Origin: Planctomycetota bacterium
GTDB lineage: Bacteria > Planctomycetota > SZUA-567 > H5-PLA8
Assembly (NCBI GenBank): GCA_038227875.1
Contig: JBBRPR010000013.1
Span: 1 to 64,000, forward strand
Direction of reading: 5' to 3'
Length of the DNA stretch: 64,000 bases
Numbering within the stretch: the first letter of the stretch is position 1; the number at the start of each line of letters is the position of its first letter. The notes under the pieces are model-generated. The model did no database searches and was not told the DNA's origin. It saw only the letters and a list, made by a program, of their open reading frames with translations. A program made the position numbers and the translations under genes. Of this stretch, positions 10,201 to 19,737 are shown one piece after another.

Positions 10201-12231
10201 TTAAATCCGCTTCAGTATCTTCCCGATCTCCGTCTTGATCTCCTCCGTCTCGGCGAAGGTGGCTTTGACGAAGGGGTCGTCTTTGGCGGGGAGATGCACG
10301 CCGGCGTAGTCGGGGATGATGCGGACGCCGCGGAAGTTGTCTTTCTCTTTGGAAAGCAGCGTGTCGGCGGCCATCTTCTCGTAGGCGACGACGAATTCTT
10401 CGAGCAGCTCGCGGACGCTCTTGCCGGGGAACTCGGATTTGAGCAGCGCCAGTTCGTGTTCGTAGCGCGGATCTTCGATCGTGCCGCTGACCAGCGCGCT
10501 CTGGGCATCGCGGTCATGTTCGAGACAGAAGCGGACGGCGAAGTAGATGCCCTTCAGCGCATAGAAGCGGATGTAGAAGGTGTACGCGCCGATGCCTTCC
10601 AGGCGCGCGGTCTCCTTCATGAAATTCTTGCCCAGGCCGGGGACGTCCTTGTCGGTGTAGACCAGCGGCTTGGCGGGCTGGCCGGGTTTGAGCGCGGTCG
10701 CGCGGGCTTGCGTCACTTCCGTGTCGAGCTTCATCAGCGCGGCGCGGGCGTGGACCATCATGTCGACGATTTCCGGGCGGAAGACTTCGTGGTCGCAGGA
10801 TTCGCGGCGGGACTTGTTGCGCGTGACGAATTTCCGTTCGTTGCGGCGGACAATGTAAATGTTGTCACTGAGCACCCAGCCGGGCAGGATCTCGTTGAAG
10901 GCCGGGGAGATACCTTCGAAAATCTCGGCGCGCTGATTGATCAGGCTGAAGGGCATCTCCACGCGCTGGGGCAGCGTGGCGATGCCGCTGGCGACGATGA
11001 TGTACGGCGCGTGCGAGAAGTCCGTGGGAAACTTGATACTCGAACCCATGCCGAAGAACGCGCCTTCGCCGGGCCAGATTTCCTGGTCGGGCGCCTTGCC
11101 GGTGTGGTTGGAGCCGACGTTGGCGCCGTAGCCGACGTTCCCCTTCCCTTCCGGCCAGTACGCGGCGATCAGCAGCGCCTGGTGGTTGAAGCCGACGAAC
11201 GGCCCCATCAGCGAATTGCGGCACTCGCCGGCGCTGACGCCGGAGTTCGGGCCGACCAGCGAGTGGATCACCGAGCCGTGCGCGTCGACAAAACTGTGCT
11301 CGCAGCAGACGGACTGTTCGACCAGGCCGTGCGTTTCAACGCGCGAACCCCATTGAATGATGGAATCCTTGACGATCGCGCCGGAAGTGATGCGCGTGAC
11401 GTCGTCGCGCGTGCTCAGGATCGTGACGTTCTCCAGCCACATCGCCGAATCGACGACGGCGTGGGAACCGATGTAGGCGTTGAGCACCTTCGGCGTGTTC
11501 TTGACGGTGGCGTTTGCTTCGATGATGCCGATGGACGAGCGCGCGCGGCGGCGGTATTCGGCGATCAACGTCGCGTACGCGGCGAGCGTGGATTCGGATT
11601 CCTTGTGCCGTGCCGCGATTCTGGCGGCGACGTCGACGGTGATTTCAGCGTAGAGACCCGTGTCGCGGCCGGGAACTTCCAGGCCCAGCGAGACCTGCTG
11701 GCCGTTGCCGAAACTGGTTTCGCCGGTGCAGACGACGCTGCCGCAGCCGCGCACGATCGCGCCGGAACCGATGATCATGTTGGCGATGATGTCGTTATTG
11801 CAGAGGTACGCGTCGTCGCCGACTGAGACGTTGGAGAGATCGCAGTTGTAGACGCCGGAGCCGACCGTGACGCCGGTTTCCACGGTGACGCTGCGCTGGA
11901 ACGAACCGAGCTGAATGTCGCCGGTGAAATAGCAGCCGACAACTTTGTGCGGGTTGAAGCCCGGCGCGACCTGCACGCGCGACCAGTCTTCGGCGGCGTT
12001 GTGCTGGGATTTCAGCGTCTCGATTTCCGAGGCCGACAGCGGTCTCAGGATGCGGGTCTGAGCGGTCACTGCGCGCGCGGAGGCGATGCTGCGCAGGAAG
12101 TGGCTCTCTTCGATGGCGCTGCGGAGCTCATCGGCGGGACCGGGCTTCTCCGTGGTCAAGGCTGACACGGCGCTGTCTCCTGTTTCTACTTCTGCTCGTT
12201 CGCGGCACTCTGCCGGGAACGTCTCGATCAC
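10201..12231 (-). CDS. DUF4954 family protein (left-handed beta-helix)
   Basis: RPLSASEIETLKSQHNAAEDWSRV N-terminus, hexapeptide-like repeats, GPFVGFNHQALLIAAYWPEGKGNVGYGANVGSNH. Start uncertain. Confidence 0.75.
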   Translation of the reverse strand: MIETFPAECRERAEVETGDSAVSALTTEKPGPADELRSAIEESHFLRSIASARAVTAQTRILRPLSASEIETLKSQHNAAEDWSRVQVAPGFNPHKVVGCYFTGDIQLGSFQRSVTVETGVTVGSGVYNCDLSNVSVGDDAYLCNNDIIANMIIGSGAIVRGCGSVVCTGETSFGNGQQVSLGLEVPGRDTGLYAEITVDVAARIAARHKESESTLAAYATLIAEYRRRARSSIGIIEANATVKNTPKVLNAYIGSHAVVDSAMWLENVTILSTRDDVTRITSGAIVKDSIIQWGSRVETHGLVEQSVCCEHSFVDAHGSVIHSLVGPNSGVSAGECRNSLMGPFVGFNHQALLIAAYWPEGKGNVGYGANVGSNHTGKAPDQEIWPGEGAFFGMGSSIKFPTDFSHAPYIIVASGIATLPQRVEMPFSLINQRAEIFEGISPAFNEILPGWVLSDNIYIVRRNERKFVTRNKSRRESCDHEVFRPEIVDMMVHARAALMKLDTEVTQARATALKPGQPAKPLVYTDKDVPGLGKNFMKETARLEGIGAYTFYIRFYALKGIYFAVRFCLEHDRDAQSALVSGTIEDPRYEHELALLKSEFPGKSVRELLEEFVVAYEKMAADTLLSKEKDNFRGVRIIPDYAGVHLPAKDDPFVKATFAETEEIKTEIGKILKRI

Positions 12232-12322
12232 TGTATCCTGCCGCGCGCGCTTGGGAAGTCAGCGCCCGAAATTTGCGGCCGGGGACCTTATGGCCAATTG
12301 GTCACATGGTTAAAATCGGACA

Positions 12323-14167
12323 CTACCAGCGCTGTTCCACGAACGCTTCCAGCGCGTGGTAGAACGGCAGTCCCAGTTCGTAGTAGCGGCGCGCAGTGCC
12401 GGTGTTGCGGTCGTCGACGCGCTGCCAGAATTCGCGCTGGTCGGGGCCGGGGAACATCGCGCGATCTTTTTGCGACTGATGTTTGAAGATCGCTTCCTTC
12501 TTTAAGTGAAGTTCGTGTTCCGTCAGCGGCACGAGAATATCGGCCTGTTCCAGCGGCCATTCCTGCCACGCGCCGCGGTAGAGCCAGACGATCGGGCGCT
12601 TCTCCGCCGGCATGCGCAGCACGGCGGATTTGATGATCCACAGACAGACGCGGTGCGTACCGTGCGGATCGGAGAGGTCGCCGGCCACAAGGATGCGCTG
12701 CGGGTTGATCAGATTGAGCATCTCCAGCGTCTGCGCGATATCGCGTTCGCCGGGCGGATCTTTTTCGATCGCGCCGGTCTGGTAGAAGGGCAGATTCATG
12801 AAGATGCATTTTTCGCGCTTCAAGCCGACATGCATGGCGCCGCTGGTCGCTTCCGATTCGCGGATGAAGCGCTTGATGTAGCCGACTTCCGGAATGTCGA
12901 GATCGCCGGGCTTCTTCTGGCTCAGGAATGTCTCGACGCGGTCGCGCATCTTCGTGTGTTCGGAGACCGGCAGGTTGTTGGCGCCGAGGTACTTCTCGAC
13001 GAAGTCGATGTAGCGCAGCACATCGTGATCGAAAACGGCGATGTTGCCGCTGGTCTGGTAGGCGGCGTAGACGTCGTTTTTGTTCTCCACCAGTTTGCGG
13101 AAGATGCCGCCGGCGGAGATTACGTCGTCGTCGGGATGCGGACTGAAAAGGACGATGCGTTCGTTCTTCGGCAGCAGGTCGTGGTCGCGGACTTTCGCCA
13201 TCAGTTCTTTGCAGCAGGTGCGGTTGATTTCGTCGGTGTCCTGCGCGAGCGTCAGCGCGGCGAGGCCGCTTTCGATGTAGTCGTCCTGCGAGATGCGCTG
13301 AATCGGCTTTTTGGTGTGCTGCGCCAGCCAGATTACGGCACGGAGGACTTCGCGGTCCTTGCCGTCGTTGCCTTTGAAGACGTGGTTGTCCTGGATGCGC
13401 CAGGGCGTCTTGACGCGCATCAATTCAGCGGCGGAATCGACGTCCAGGTGCATCGTCGCGTTGGGGTGGCGCTGGAGCAGCGAGGCCGGGACGTCGACGG
13501 TCTCCGGTCCTTCCACCGCGCGCTGGACGATGGCGGATTTGTTTTCGCCCAGGGCCACGAGCAGGATTTCGCGCGCCGCGAGAATGGCCGCGCAGCCCAT
13601 CGTGATCGCTTCGCTCGGGACGTTCTCTTCGCCGAAGAAGTCGGCCGCCGCATCGCGCCGGGTAAAGGGATGGATGCGCACCAGCCGCGTCGGCGCCGTC
13701 GGTGGCGTGCCCGGTTCGTTGAAGCCCATGTGCCCGGTGCGGCCGATGCCCAGTAGCTGCAGATCGATGCCGCCGAGCGCCTGGATCTTCGCGTCGTATT
13801 CGGCGCAGTGCGCGGCGACTTTCTCGCGCGGCAGGTCGCCGCGGGGAATGTGGATATTCTCCGGCTTGATGTTGACGTGCCGGAAGAAATTCTTGTTCAT
13901 GAAGCGGTGGTAGCTCTGCAGCGCGTCAATCGAGATCGGGTAGTACTCGTCGAGATTGAACGTCACCACACCGGAGAGATCCAGCCCTTCACGGTGGAGC
14001 TTGATCAGCTCGCGGTAGACGCCTTTGGGCGTTGAGCCGGTCGGCAGTCCGAGGACCGCGTTGGGCTTTTTCTTTACCACTTCGGCGATGCGTTTGGCGA
14101 CGGTGACGGCCAGCGCAGTGTGATCGTCGTGGATGACCAGCGGAATCTTGGCGGGATCTACAATCAT
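12323..14167 (-). CDS. nagB: Glucosamine-6-phosphate deaminase fused to a PIG-L-like deacetylase domain
   Basis: LGLPTGSTP, TFNLDEY, GIGRTGHMGFNEPG. C-terminal domain has FSPHPDDD, DPHGTH and KHQSQ. Confidence 0.93.
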   Translation of the reverse strand: MIVDPAKIPLVIHDDHTALAVTVAKRIAEVVKKKPNAVLGLPTGSTPKGVYRELIKLHREGLDLSGVVTFNLDEYYPISIDALQSYHRFMNKNFFRHVNIKPENIHIPRGDLPREKVAAHCAEYDAKIQALGGIDLQLLGIGRTGHMGFNEPGTPPTAPTRLVRIHPFTRRDAAADFFGEENVPSEAITMGCAAILAAREILLVALGENKSAIVQRAVEGPETVDVPASLLQRHPNATMHLDVDSAAELMRVKTPWRIQDNHVFKGNDGKDREVLRAVIWLAQHTKKPIQRISQDDYIESGLAALTLAQDTDEINRTCCKELMAKVRDHDLLPKNERIVLFSPHPDDDVISAGGIFRKLVENKNDVYAAYQTSGNIAVFDHDVLRYIDFVEKYLGANNLPVSEHTKMRDRVETFLSQKKPGDLDIPEVGYIKRFIRESEATSGAMHVGLKREKCIFMNLPFYQTGAIEKDPPGERDIAQTLEMLNLINPQRILVAGDLSDPHGTHRVCLWIIKSAVLRMPAEKRPIVWLYRGAWQEWPLEQADILVPLTEHELHLKKEAIFKHQSQKDRAMFPGPDQREFWQRVDDRNTGTARRYYELGLPFYHALEAFVEQRW

Positions 14168-14394
14168 CGTGTCAGCGGTTCCAAATTGGGGGTGAGTTCA
14201 ACGTTGAAAAGTGTAGCGATTGGGCCTCATTTATAAAGTTCAGCTTTGGAGCTGATCGTGCAGCGTCGCCAGGGGCTCTGGGTCTAAAGATTCTTTCACC
14301 TCTATTAAGGAACTTGAGCCACGCCGCGCACCGGCACCGGCTGCTCCTTGTGAAATTACCTTGGCACAGCAAATGCAGAACACGTGGTATTCCT

Positions 14395-15342
14395 ATGAGG
14401 GTCAGGACCTTGAAATGCGCCATTCATGTTGATCAGCCTTGCGTTGAAGCCTGTCGCGGCTGCGGCCGGCTGATCTGCGACACGTGCGATGTTCGTTACG
14501 CGGGCAAGCACTATTGCAAGGCCTGCGTCGCGACCGTGGCGCGACCGCTCCAACGCTTCGATCCGCGGCCGCTCCCGTGGAGTTCGCGGGCGATCAATCT
14601 AGCTAGCAAGCGTTGGTACGCGCTGCTCCCGCTAGCCAGCGGGCTGCTGGTTTTGTTCACCGCGCTGGCGGCCCTGAGTGCAGCCAGCCAGTCCTGCGCC
14701 AGCCAGTTCAACTACGATTCCCCTTTCTACGGTGGAAGCAGCAGTTCATTCTCCAGCGGACTGGTCTTCTCGAAGGCCACACTCTCTGTCTGGATTCAAA
14801 TCGGCGCGGCGCTCGTGTTGCTGGGTATCTACCTGTATGTTCGGCGCTTCTCGTTGCGCTGGCTGATGACCGGCGTGATCGCCGTCGCCGCGCTGGGTGC
14901 CTATCCATTTCTGCGCATTTCGGGAAACCCGGAATTGACGGAGGTCCTGCACGTCTCCGGTCCTCGTGCCCTGACTCAAACGGACGTCGAACACCTGAAG
15001 TCCTTGCTGCAGCCGCAAGCCGCCATGAGGACGTTGCCACTGACGATGGTACGGGAACTCGAGCTGGATCGTATGAACTGCGTGCGCAGCGTTGACGTAT
15101 CCGGTGCGGGGAACGGACGAGGCATCGATTGCCACGTGGAATTCTCGCCGGATCTGAAAGACGAGCAGCGTGCCACACTCGAAGCTTTTTACCAGCAGTA
15201 CGCGGTCGAACTCCTGTGCGGAAAATCGACCAGCATTTGTGGCGCGCCGGGCCGCTCGCACTGGGCTCGCTACGCCGGGCAATGGCAGGCCAATCTCCCG
15301 CCGCAAAACGTTCCGGCCGCCGCCAGCGGCAATTCGTTCTGA
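14395..15342 (+). CDS. Hypothetical membrane protein with an N-terminal B-box-like zinc finger
   Basis: CAIH...CRGCGRLICDTC...YCKAC followed by about 3 TM segments. Start placed at MRVRTLKC. Confidence 0.6.
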   Translation: MRVRTLKCAIHVDQPCVEACRGCGRLICDTCDVRYAGKHYCKACVATVARPLQRFDPRPLPWSSRAINLASKRWYALLPLASGLLVLFTALAALSAASQSCASQFNYDSPFYGGSSSSFSSGLVFSKATLSVWIQIGAALVLLGIYLYVRRFSLRWLMTGVIAVAALGAYPFLRISGNPELTEVLHVSGPRALTQTDVEHLKSLLQPQAAMRTLPLTMVRELELDRMNCVRSVDVSGAGNGRGIDCHVEFSPDLKDEQRATLEAFYQQYAVELLCGKSTSICGAPGRSHWARYAGQWQANLPPQNVPAAASGNSF

Positions 15343-15346
15343 CGAC

Positions 15347-16717
15347 TCACTTCAGCGGCTCAAAATGCGCCGTGAAGTGGCGCAGCATCGGCGCTTGGAA
15401 CGTCAGGCGCAGGCCCTTCACCGTGTCGCGCTTCTGGTAGAGTTCCAGGATGCGCTCGGCAATGTAGTCGACATGGCTTTGCGTGTAGACGCGCCGCGGA
15501 ATCGCCAGGCGCACCAGGTCCATCGGCGCGAAGGACTCGACGCCTGCCGCGTCGCGTTTGCCGAACATCGCGCTGCCCACTTCCACGCCGCGGATGCCGC
15601 CGATCTGGTAGAGCGCGCAGACCAGCGCCTGGCCGGGGTATTGCTCGACGGGAATGTGCGGAAAGAACGCGCGTGCGTCGATGTACACGGCGTGCCCGCC
15701 GGGCGGTTCGACGAACTTCACGCCGCCACCGCGGATCTTGTTGGCGAGGTACTCGATGCAGGCGTGGCGGTACTCGAGGTAGCGTTCGTCGAGCACTTCG
15801 GTCATGCCGACGGCCAGCGCTTCCAGATCGCGCGCTGCCAGGCCGCCGTACGTGGGGAACCCTTCGGTCAAGATCAGCAGGTTGCGCGCGTGTTCGGCAA
15901 GCTTGTCATCGTTGAGCGCCAGAAAGCCGCCGATGTTCGAAAGCCCGTCCTTCTTTCCAGAGAACGTCGCGCCATCGCAGTACGAGAACATTTCGTGGGC
16001 GATCTCGCGGGGCGTCTTGTCCGCGTAACCGGGCTCGCGCATTTTGATAAACCACGCGTTCTCGGCGAAGCGGCAGGCGTCCATGAAAAATGGAATGCCG
16101 TGCTTGTGGAGCATCTGGCTGACAGCGCGGATGTTCTCCATCGAGACCGGCTGCCCGCCGCTGGTGTTGTTGGTCGCCGTGAGCATGCCCAGCGGCATGT
16201 TCTTCGCGCCGACGCGCTGGATGGCTGCTTCGAGCTTGGCGGTGTCGAGATTGCCCTTGAACGGGTGCTGCGAGGAAGGGATGCGCCCTTCGTCGATCAC
16301 CAAATCGAGCGCTTCGGCGCCGGTGTATTCGATGTTCGCGCGCGTGGTGTCGAAGTGATTGTTGTTGGGCACCACCTTCCCCGCTCCGCCGGTGAGCTGA
16401 AATAAGATGCGCTCCGCCGCGCGGCCCTGGTGCGTGGGAATGATGTGTTTGAATCCAGTGAGTTCCCGGACGACCTTCTCGAATTTATAGAAACTGCGGC
16501 TGCCGGCGTAGCTTTCGTCGGCGACCATCATCGCGCCCCATTGCGCGGCGGACATGGCCGACGTGCCGCTGTCGGTGAGGAGGTCGATGAGAATATCTTC
16601 GGCGTGGATCAGGAACGGATTGAAGTGCGCCGCTTTCAGGATTTCCGTGCGCTGCTCGGGTGTGGTGAAGCCGAGGGGTTCGACCATTTTGATTTTGAAG
16701 GGTTCGATGATGGTCAT
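15347..16717 (-). CDS. tnaA: Tryptophanase (PLP beta-eliminating lyase)
   Basis: EPFKIKMVE, IDLLTDSGT, THQGRAAE, SGKKDG (PLP Lys). GFPTYGGL and LRHFTA fit tryptophanase better than tyrosine phenol-lyase. Confidence 0.88.
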   Translation of the reverse strand: MTIIEPFKIKMVEPLGFTTPEQRTEILKAAHFNPFLIHAEDILIDLLTDSGTSAMSAAQWGAMMVADESYAGSRSFYKFEKVVRELTGFKHIIPTHQGRAAERILFQLTGGAGKVVPNNNHFDTTRANIEYTGAEALDLVIDEGRIPSSQHPFKGNLDTAKLEAAIQRVGAKNMPLGMLTATNNTSGGQPVSMENIRAVSQMLHKHGIPFFMDACRFAENAWFIKMREPGYADKTPREIAHEMFSYCDGATFSGKKDGLSNIGGFLALNDDKLAEHARNLLILTEGFPTYGGLAARDLEALAVGMTEVLDERYLEYRHACIEYLANKIRGGGVKFVEPPGGHAVYIDARAFFPHIPVEQYPGQALVCALYQIGGIRGVEVGSAMFGKRDAAGVESFAPMDLVRLAIPRRVYTQSHVDYIAERILELYQKRDTVKGLRLTFQAPMLRHFTAHFEPLK

Positions 16718-16922
16718 GGGGCGGCTCTTAGCTCCTGGCTCTTGGCACTTGGTACGCAAGCGGACGGGTGAGTTTAGCGGGAAGGTGGCTGCGGGTGAAA
16801 GGTAGAGATGCGTTTTTAATCTCGCGCAAAGACGCAATGGCGCAAAGAACGGCAAGGAATTTCGATGTTGTCCAGTTACCGGGCGCAGCTTCGCGCCCCC
16901 GAGTAGCCGTACCGACTTGCTT

Positions 16923-16950
16923 GACCTTTGTGCCTTTGGGCACAAAGGTC
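16923..16950. repeat. 12-bp-stem hairpin
   Basis: GACCTTTGTGCC-TTTG-GGCACAAAGGTC. Confidence 0.85.
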
Positions 16951-16967
16951 TGGTCGGCGCTGCCGCA

Positions 16968-17050
16968 TGTAACATTTGGGTCGATTGCACGGGGTGAAGT
17001 ACAACAACTTTCTCATAGGCAAATGTTACAGAATGTTACAAAATGTTACA
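16968..17050. promoter_or_regulatory. Three tandem 10-bp repeats RAATGTTACA plus one inverted copy; putative protein-binding array
   Basis: AAATGTTACA-GAATGTTACA-AAATGTTACA at 17021-17050 and TGTAACATTT at 16968-16977. Confidence 0.6.
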
Positions 17051-17423
17051 GTTTTCAGGGTTTTGGTTATTTCCCGTACAACAGCGGTGTGGTACTTGAG
17101 CGCAATGTGTTCTGACTGGCGGAGTTGCACTGCGTGAGCGGGACGCGGTCGTCGTCGGCGCTCGGAGGCCCAAGTTTTCATGGGTCAAGGAGTGCCGACG
17201 TCCGGGCAGGCCTTGGGCTCGGCGGTACTGATGGGGCTCTTCGTTTGTCACAGAACAAGGACTATCTCAGCATTAAACAAGATACCGCGTATTAGGGGAA
17301 TGTCAAGTAGTTCTGTGTATTTAATTATTGAAAGATTGGTTTATGGTGTATAGTTGAATCGATTTTTGAAGGATCGTTATTACGACTTTGAATCACATTG
17401 CGTGAGGAGGTTTCAATTTTTTA

Positions 17424-17453
17424 TTGACATGTTTCATCCATTTACGGCATAAT
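17424..17453 (+). promoter_or_regulatory. Putative sigma-70 promoter of the AT-rich islet
   Basis: TTGACA-N18-CATAAT, 25 bp upstream of ATG 17479. Confidence 0.55.
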
Positions 17454-17478
17454 ATATCATCTCTCTCTAGCGTGAAGC

Positions 17479-17781
17479 ATGCTTGATCTCCAATCCATCC
17501 TAACTGCTGTGCCGCCAAAAGATCGAACTGATCAATACAAGATTCTCGCCGCGCTATATACGCTTAACGCGCATGTGACACCAACTACCACAAGTGAAGT
17601 GACAAGGTTGTTGGCCCTAAAACTGACGCGAAAGGAACTGCCCACGAATGTTTCCAGCAGTCTTAGAAAGTATGTAGCGTTTGTAGAAGCTACGCAGAAA
17701 AGTCCATATAAATGGACTCTGACGTTCAAAGGCTTGGAGTTTCTACGGCAAGTTAGCGGCTGGCGCTCTCGACGCCCGTGA
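17479..17781 (+). CDS. Winged-helix-like protein; probably the N-terminal part of a frameshifted wHTH-PNP gene
   Basis: Helical pattern ending in wing-like KWTLTFKGLEFL. A -1 shift at about 17760 joins it to the PNP frame. Confidence 0.65.
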   Translation: MLDLQSILTAVPPKDRTDQYKILAALYTLNAHVTPTTTSEVTRLLALKLTRKELPTNVSSSLRKYVAFVEATQKSPYKWTLTFKGLEFLRQVSGWRSRRP

Positions 17782-18590
17782 AGCAGTCGGACTATGGAAG
17801 TGATGTAGGAATCATTTGCGCTCTACAACATCCAGAGCAGGAGGCGTTTATTCGAGCAGTTGGGATAGATCGGTGGAGCCAAACGGGAGAAACACGCTTC
17901 ACCCATATTTATCAAAAAGCAAAACTTTCTCTTCCTTCAAACAAGACAATTGAAATTGTCAGCACCACAGCAACTTCAATGGGATTGACAGCAGCTGCGA
18001 TTGCAACCACTCAATTAATCCTTCAGTTTCGTCCTCGCCTTGTGATTATGGTCGGAATTGCCGCGGGTACAAGAAGCGCCGATAAACAATTCGGCGACGT
18101 TTTGGTAGCCGATCCCAGCATCGACTACAACACTGGAAAAGTGATTCAATCTAACGGCATCAGAGAATTTCAGCCAGATCCATATCCAATTGGACTCAAT
18201 CCAAAATTGAGAAACATACTTCACAAGTATCGCGCCGAACATCCTATTTTTAATTCGATTCGAACGAAATGGAATTCTCCTATTCCATTTCTTAATCGAC
18301 TACATGTTGGGCCTCTAGGAGCGGCCGATCAAGTAATTGACGATCCAACTCGTATTATTGAAATTCAAAGGAGTTGGCGAAAGCTAATTGGCGTCGAAAT
18401 GGAAACCTATGGGGTGTATCGCGCGTGCAATGAGGCTCCCGAACCAAAACCTCGTTTTGTTTCATTCAAGTCTGTTTGCGATTTTGCAGCTGAGAAGACA
18501 GACTCGTGGCAACCATACGCTGCATTCATGGCGGCAGAATTTACCGTGGAGTTCCTCAAGAACGATTGGGAGGCATTATGTCTAGCATAG
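17778..18590 (+). CDS. PNP/MTA-SAH nucleosidase-superfamily domain (PNP_UDP_1), defence-effector type
   Basis: GIICALxxxE, MGLTAAA, IMVGIAAG, GDVLVAD..DY..GK, GVEMETYG, KSVCDFA..K...WQPYAA. Confidence 0.9.
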   Translation: MKQSDYGSDVGIICALQHPEQEAFIRAVGIDRWSQTGETRFTHIYQKAKLSLPSNKTIEIVSTTATSMGLTAAAIATTQLILQFRPRLVIMVGIAAGTRSADKQFGDVLVADPSIDYNTGKVIQSNGIREFQPDPYPIGLNPKLRNILHKYRAEHPIFNSIRTKWNSPIPFLNRLHVGPLGAADQVIDDPTRIIEIQRSWRKLIGVEMETYGVYRACNEAPEPKPRFVSFKSVCDFAAEKTDSWQPYAAFMAAEFTVEFLKNDWEALCLA

Positions 18591-19225
18591 AAAAGGGTAA
18601 CCCTACAGAAAACTCTAATGAACCCGATCCGGAGATTTTAGCCATTACGGCAGTGTATTCAGCGCTTAGAAATCTTAAGCCCGAGGCACAGTCGCGTGTG
18701 TTAAAGTTTGTTGTTGATAAGATTGGCGCCGACAAGTCGATGTTATCTGCAGTTGCGGATCAGTCACCAAGAACTGTTGAGTTAGAACCGGGTCCGGTAC
18801 CAGTCAGTACTCATTCCGAGATAAGCACAAGTATTAGTCCAATTGCTCAAAAATGGATTAAAAGAAATAATCTTTTAATAGATGATTTATCAAAAATATT
18901 TAGCGTTGGTGGCGAAGAAATTGACCTGATCGCTAAAGCTATTCCAGGAACATCAATTCGAAGTCGTATGTTCAATGTATTTCTTCTAAAATGCATCGCT
19001 GCTTATTTGAGTAGTGGTAATTCCCGTGCTCCTCACCAGCAATTAAAAGAGACATGCCTTCACTATAACGCCTACGATGAAAGTAACTTCGCTGCCTATA
19101 TAAAGCACTTCAGTTCTGAATTTTCTGGGTCTAAAGATGTCGGATACCAACTGACTCAGCGGGGACTTTCTTCTGCAGCAGATCTCATTAGGTCGATGGT
19201 TTCGACCGACTCATCAAAAGACTGA
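18578..19225 (+). CDS. Hypothetical protein with a C-terminal winged-helix-like segment
   Basis: GGAGG RBS then ATG 18578, overlapping the PNP stop. Motif YDESNF...GYQLTQRGL. Confidence 0.75.
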   Translation: MSSIEKGNPTENSNEPDPEILAITAVYSALRNLKPEAQSRVLKFVVDKIGADKSMLSAVADQSPRTVELEPGPVPVSTHSEISTSISPIAQKWIKRNNLLIDDLSKIFSVGGEEIDLIAKAIPGTSIRSRMFNVFLLKCIAAYLSSGNSRAPHQQLKETCLHYNAYDESNFAAYIKHFSSEFSGSKDVGYQLTQRGLSSAADLIRSMVSTDSSKD

Positions 19226-19511
19226 GGTACCATTTCTGGCTCTTTCACCGTGTCACGCGGTGATTGCTCACACCACTATAAAACAGCAACGTGATCCAAA
19301 CGATCGGCTGGCGGCGCGATGAAGTGGACGCCAGCCAGAATCGTGCTGATTCACCCAGATCGACGACGCGAGTTTACGGGAGGCGAGTTCGGACGCTTCC
19401 GCCGGCTGGCTCCCATCCGATTCAATCTGCGGCGAGGAATTCGCAATAAAATCGTCTGGAATTCGTGCCTAATGCTATGCTGTACGCGCCTCTTTTCAGC
19501 AAAGGGCGCCC

Positions 19512-19737
19512 ATGTCCAACGGAACGACCCACCACGGACCGATGCTACGCCGCGTGCTTCAGCACCGCACGGCGCTGTATGCCTATATCTTTGCCTGCGT
19601 GCGCAAGCACAGCGAGGCGGATGATATTTTGCAGGATGTTTTTGTCGCGGCGGTCGAAAGTATCGATCAGATCAAAGATGAAGCCGGCGTGCTCCCCTGG
19701 CTGCGCGAGATTGCACGGCGGCGCATTCTTGCGCACG
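19512..19737 (+). pseudogene. Truncated ECF sigma factor (region 2 only)
   Basis: LYAYIFACVR...ADDILQDVFV...PWLREIARRRIL, then similarity is lost and region 4 is absent. Confidence 0.75.

Noticed and set aside
17026..17181. Trp-containing ~51-codon minus-strand ORF upstream of tnaA as a TnaC-like leader
   Set aside because: No TnaC-like W..D...P-stop pattern and about 300 bp from tnaA. A minus-strand TTGACA-N16-TATCTT near 17280-17308 exists, but its transcript is unidentified.
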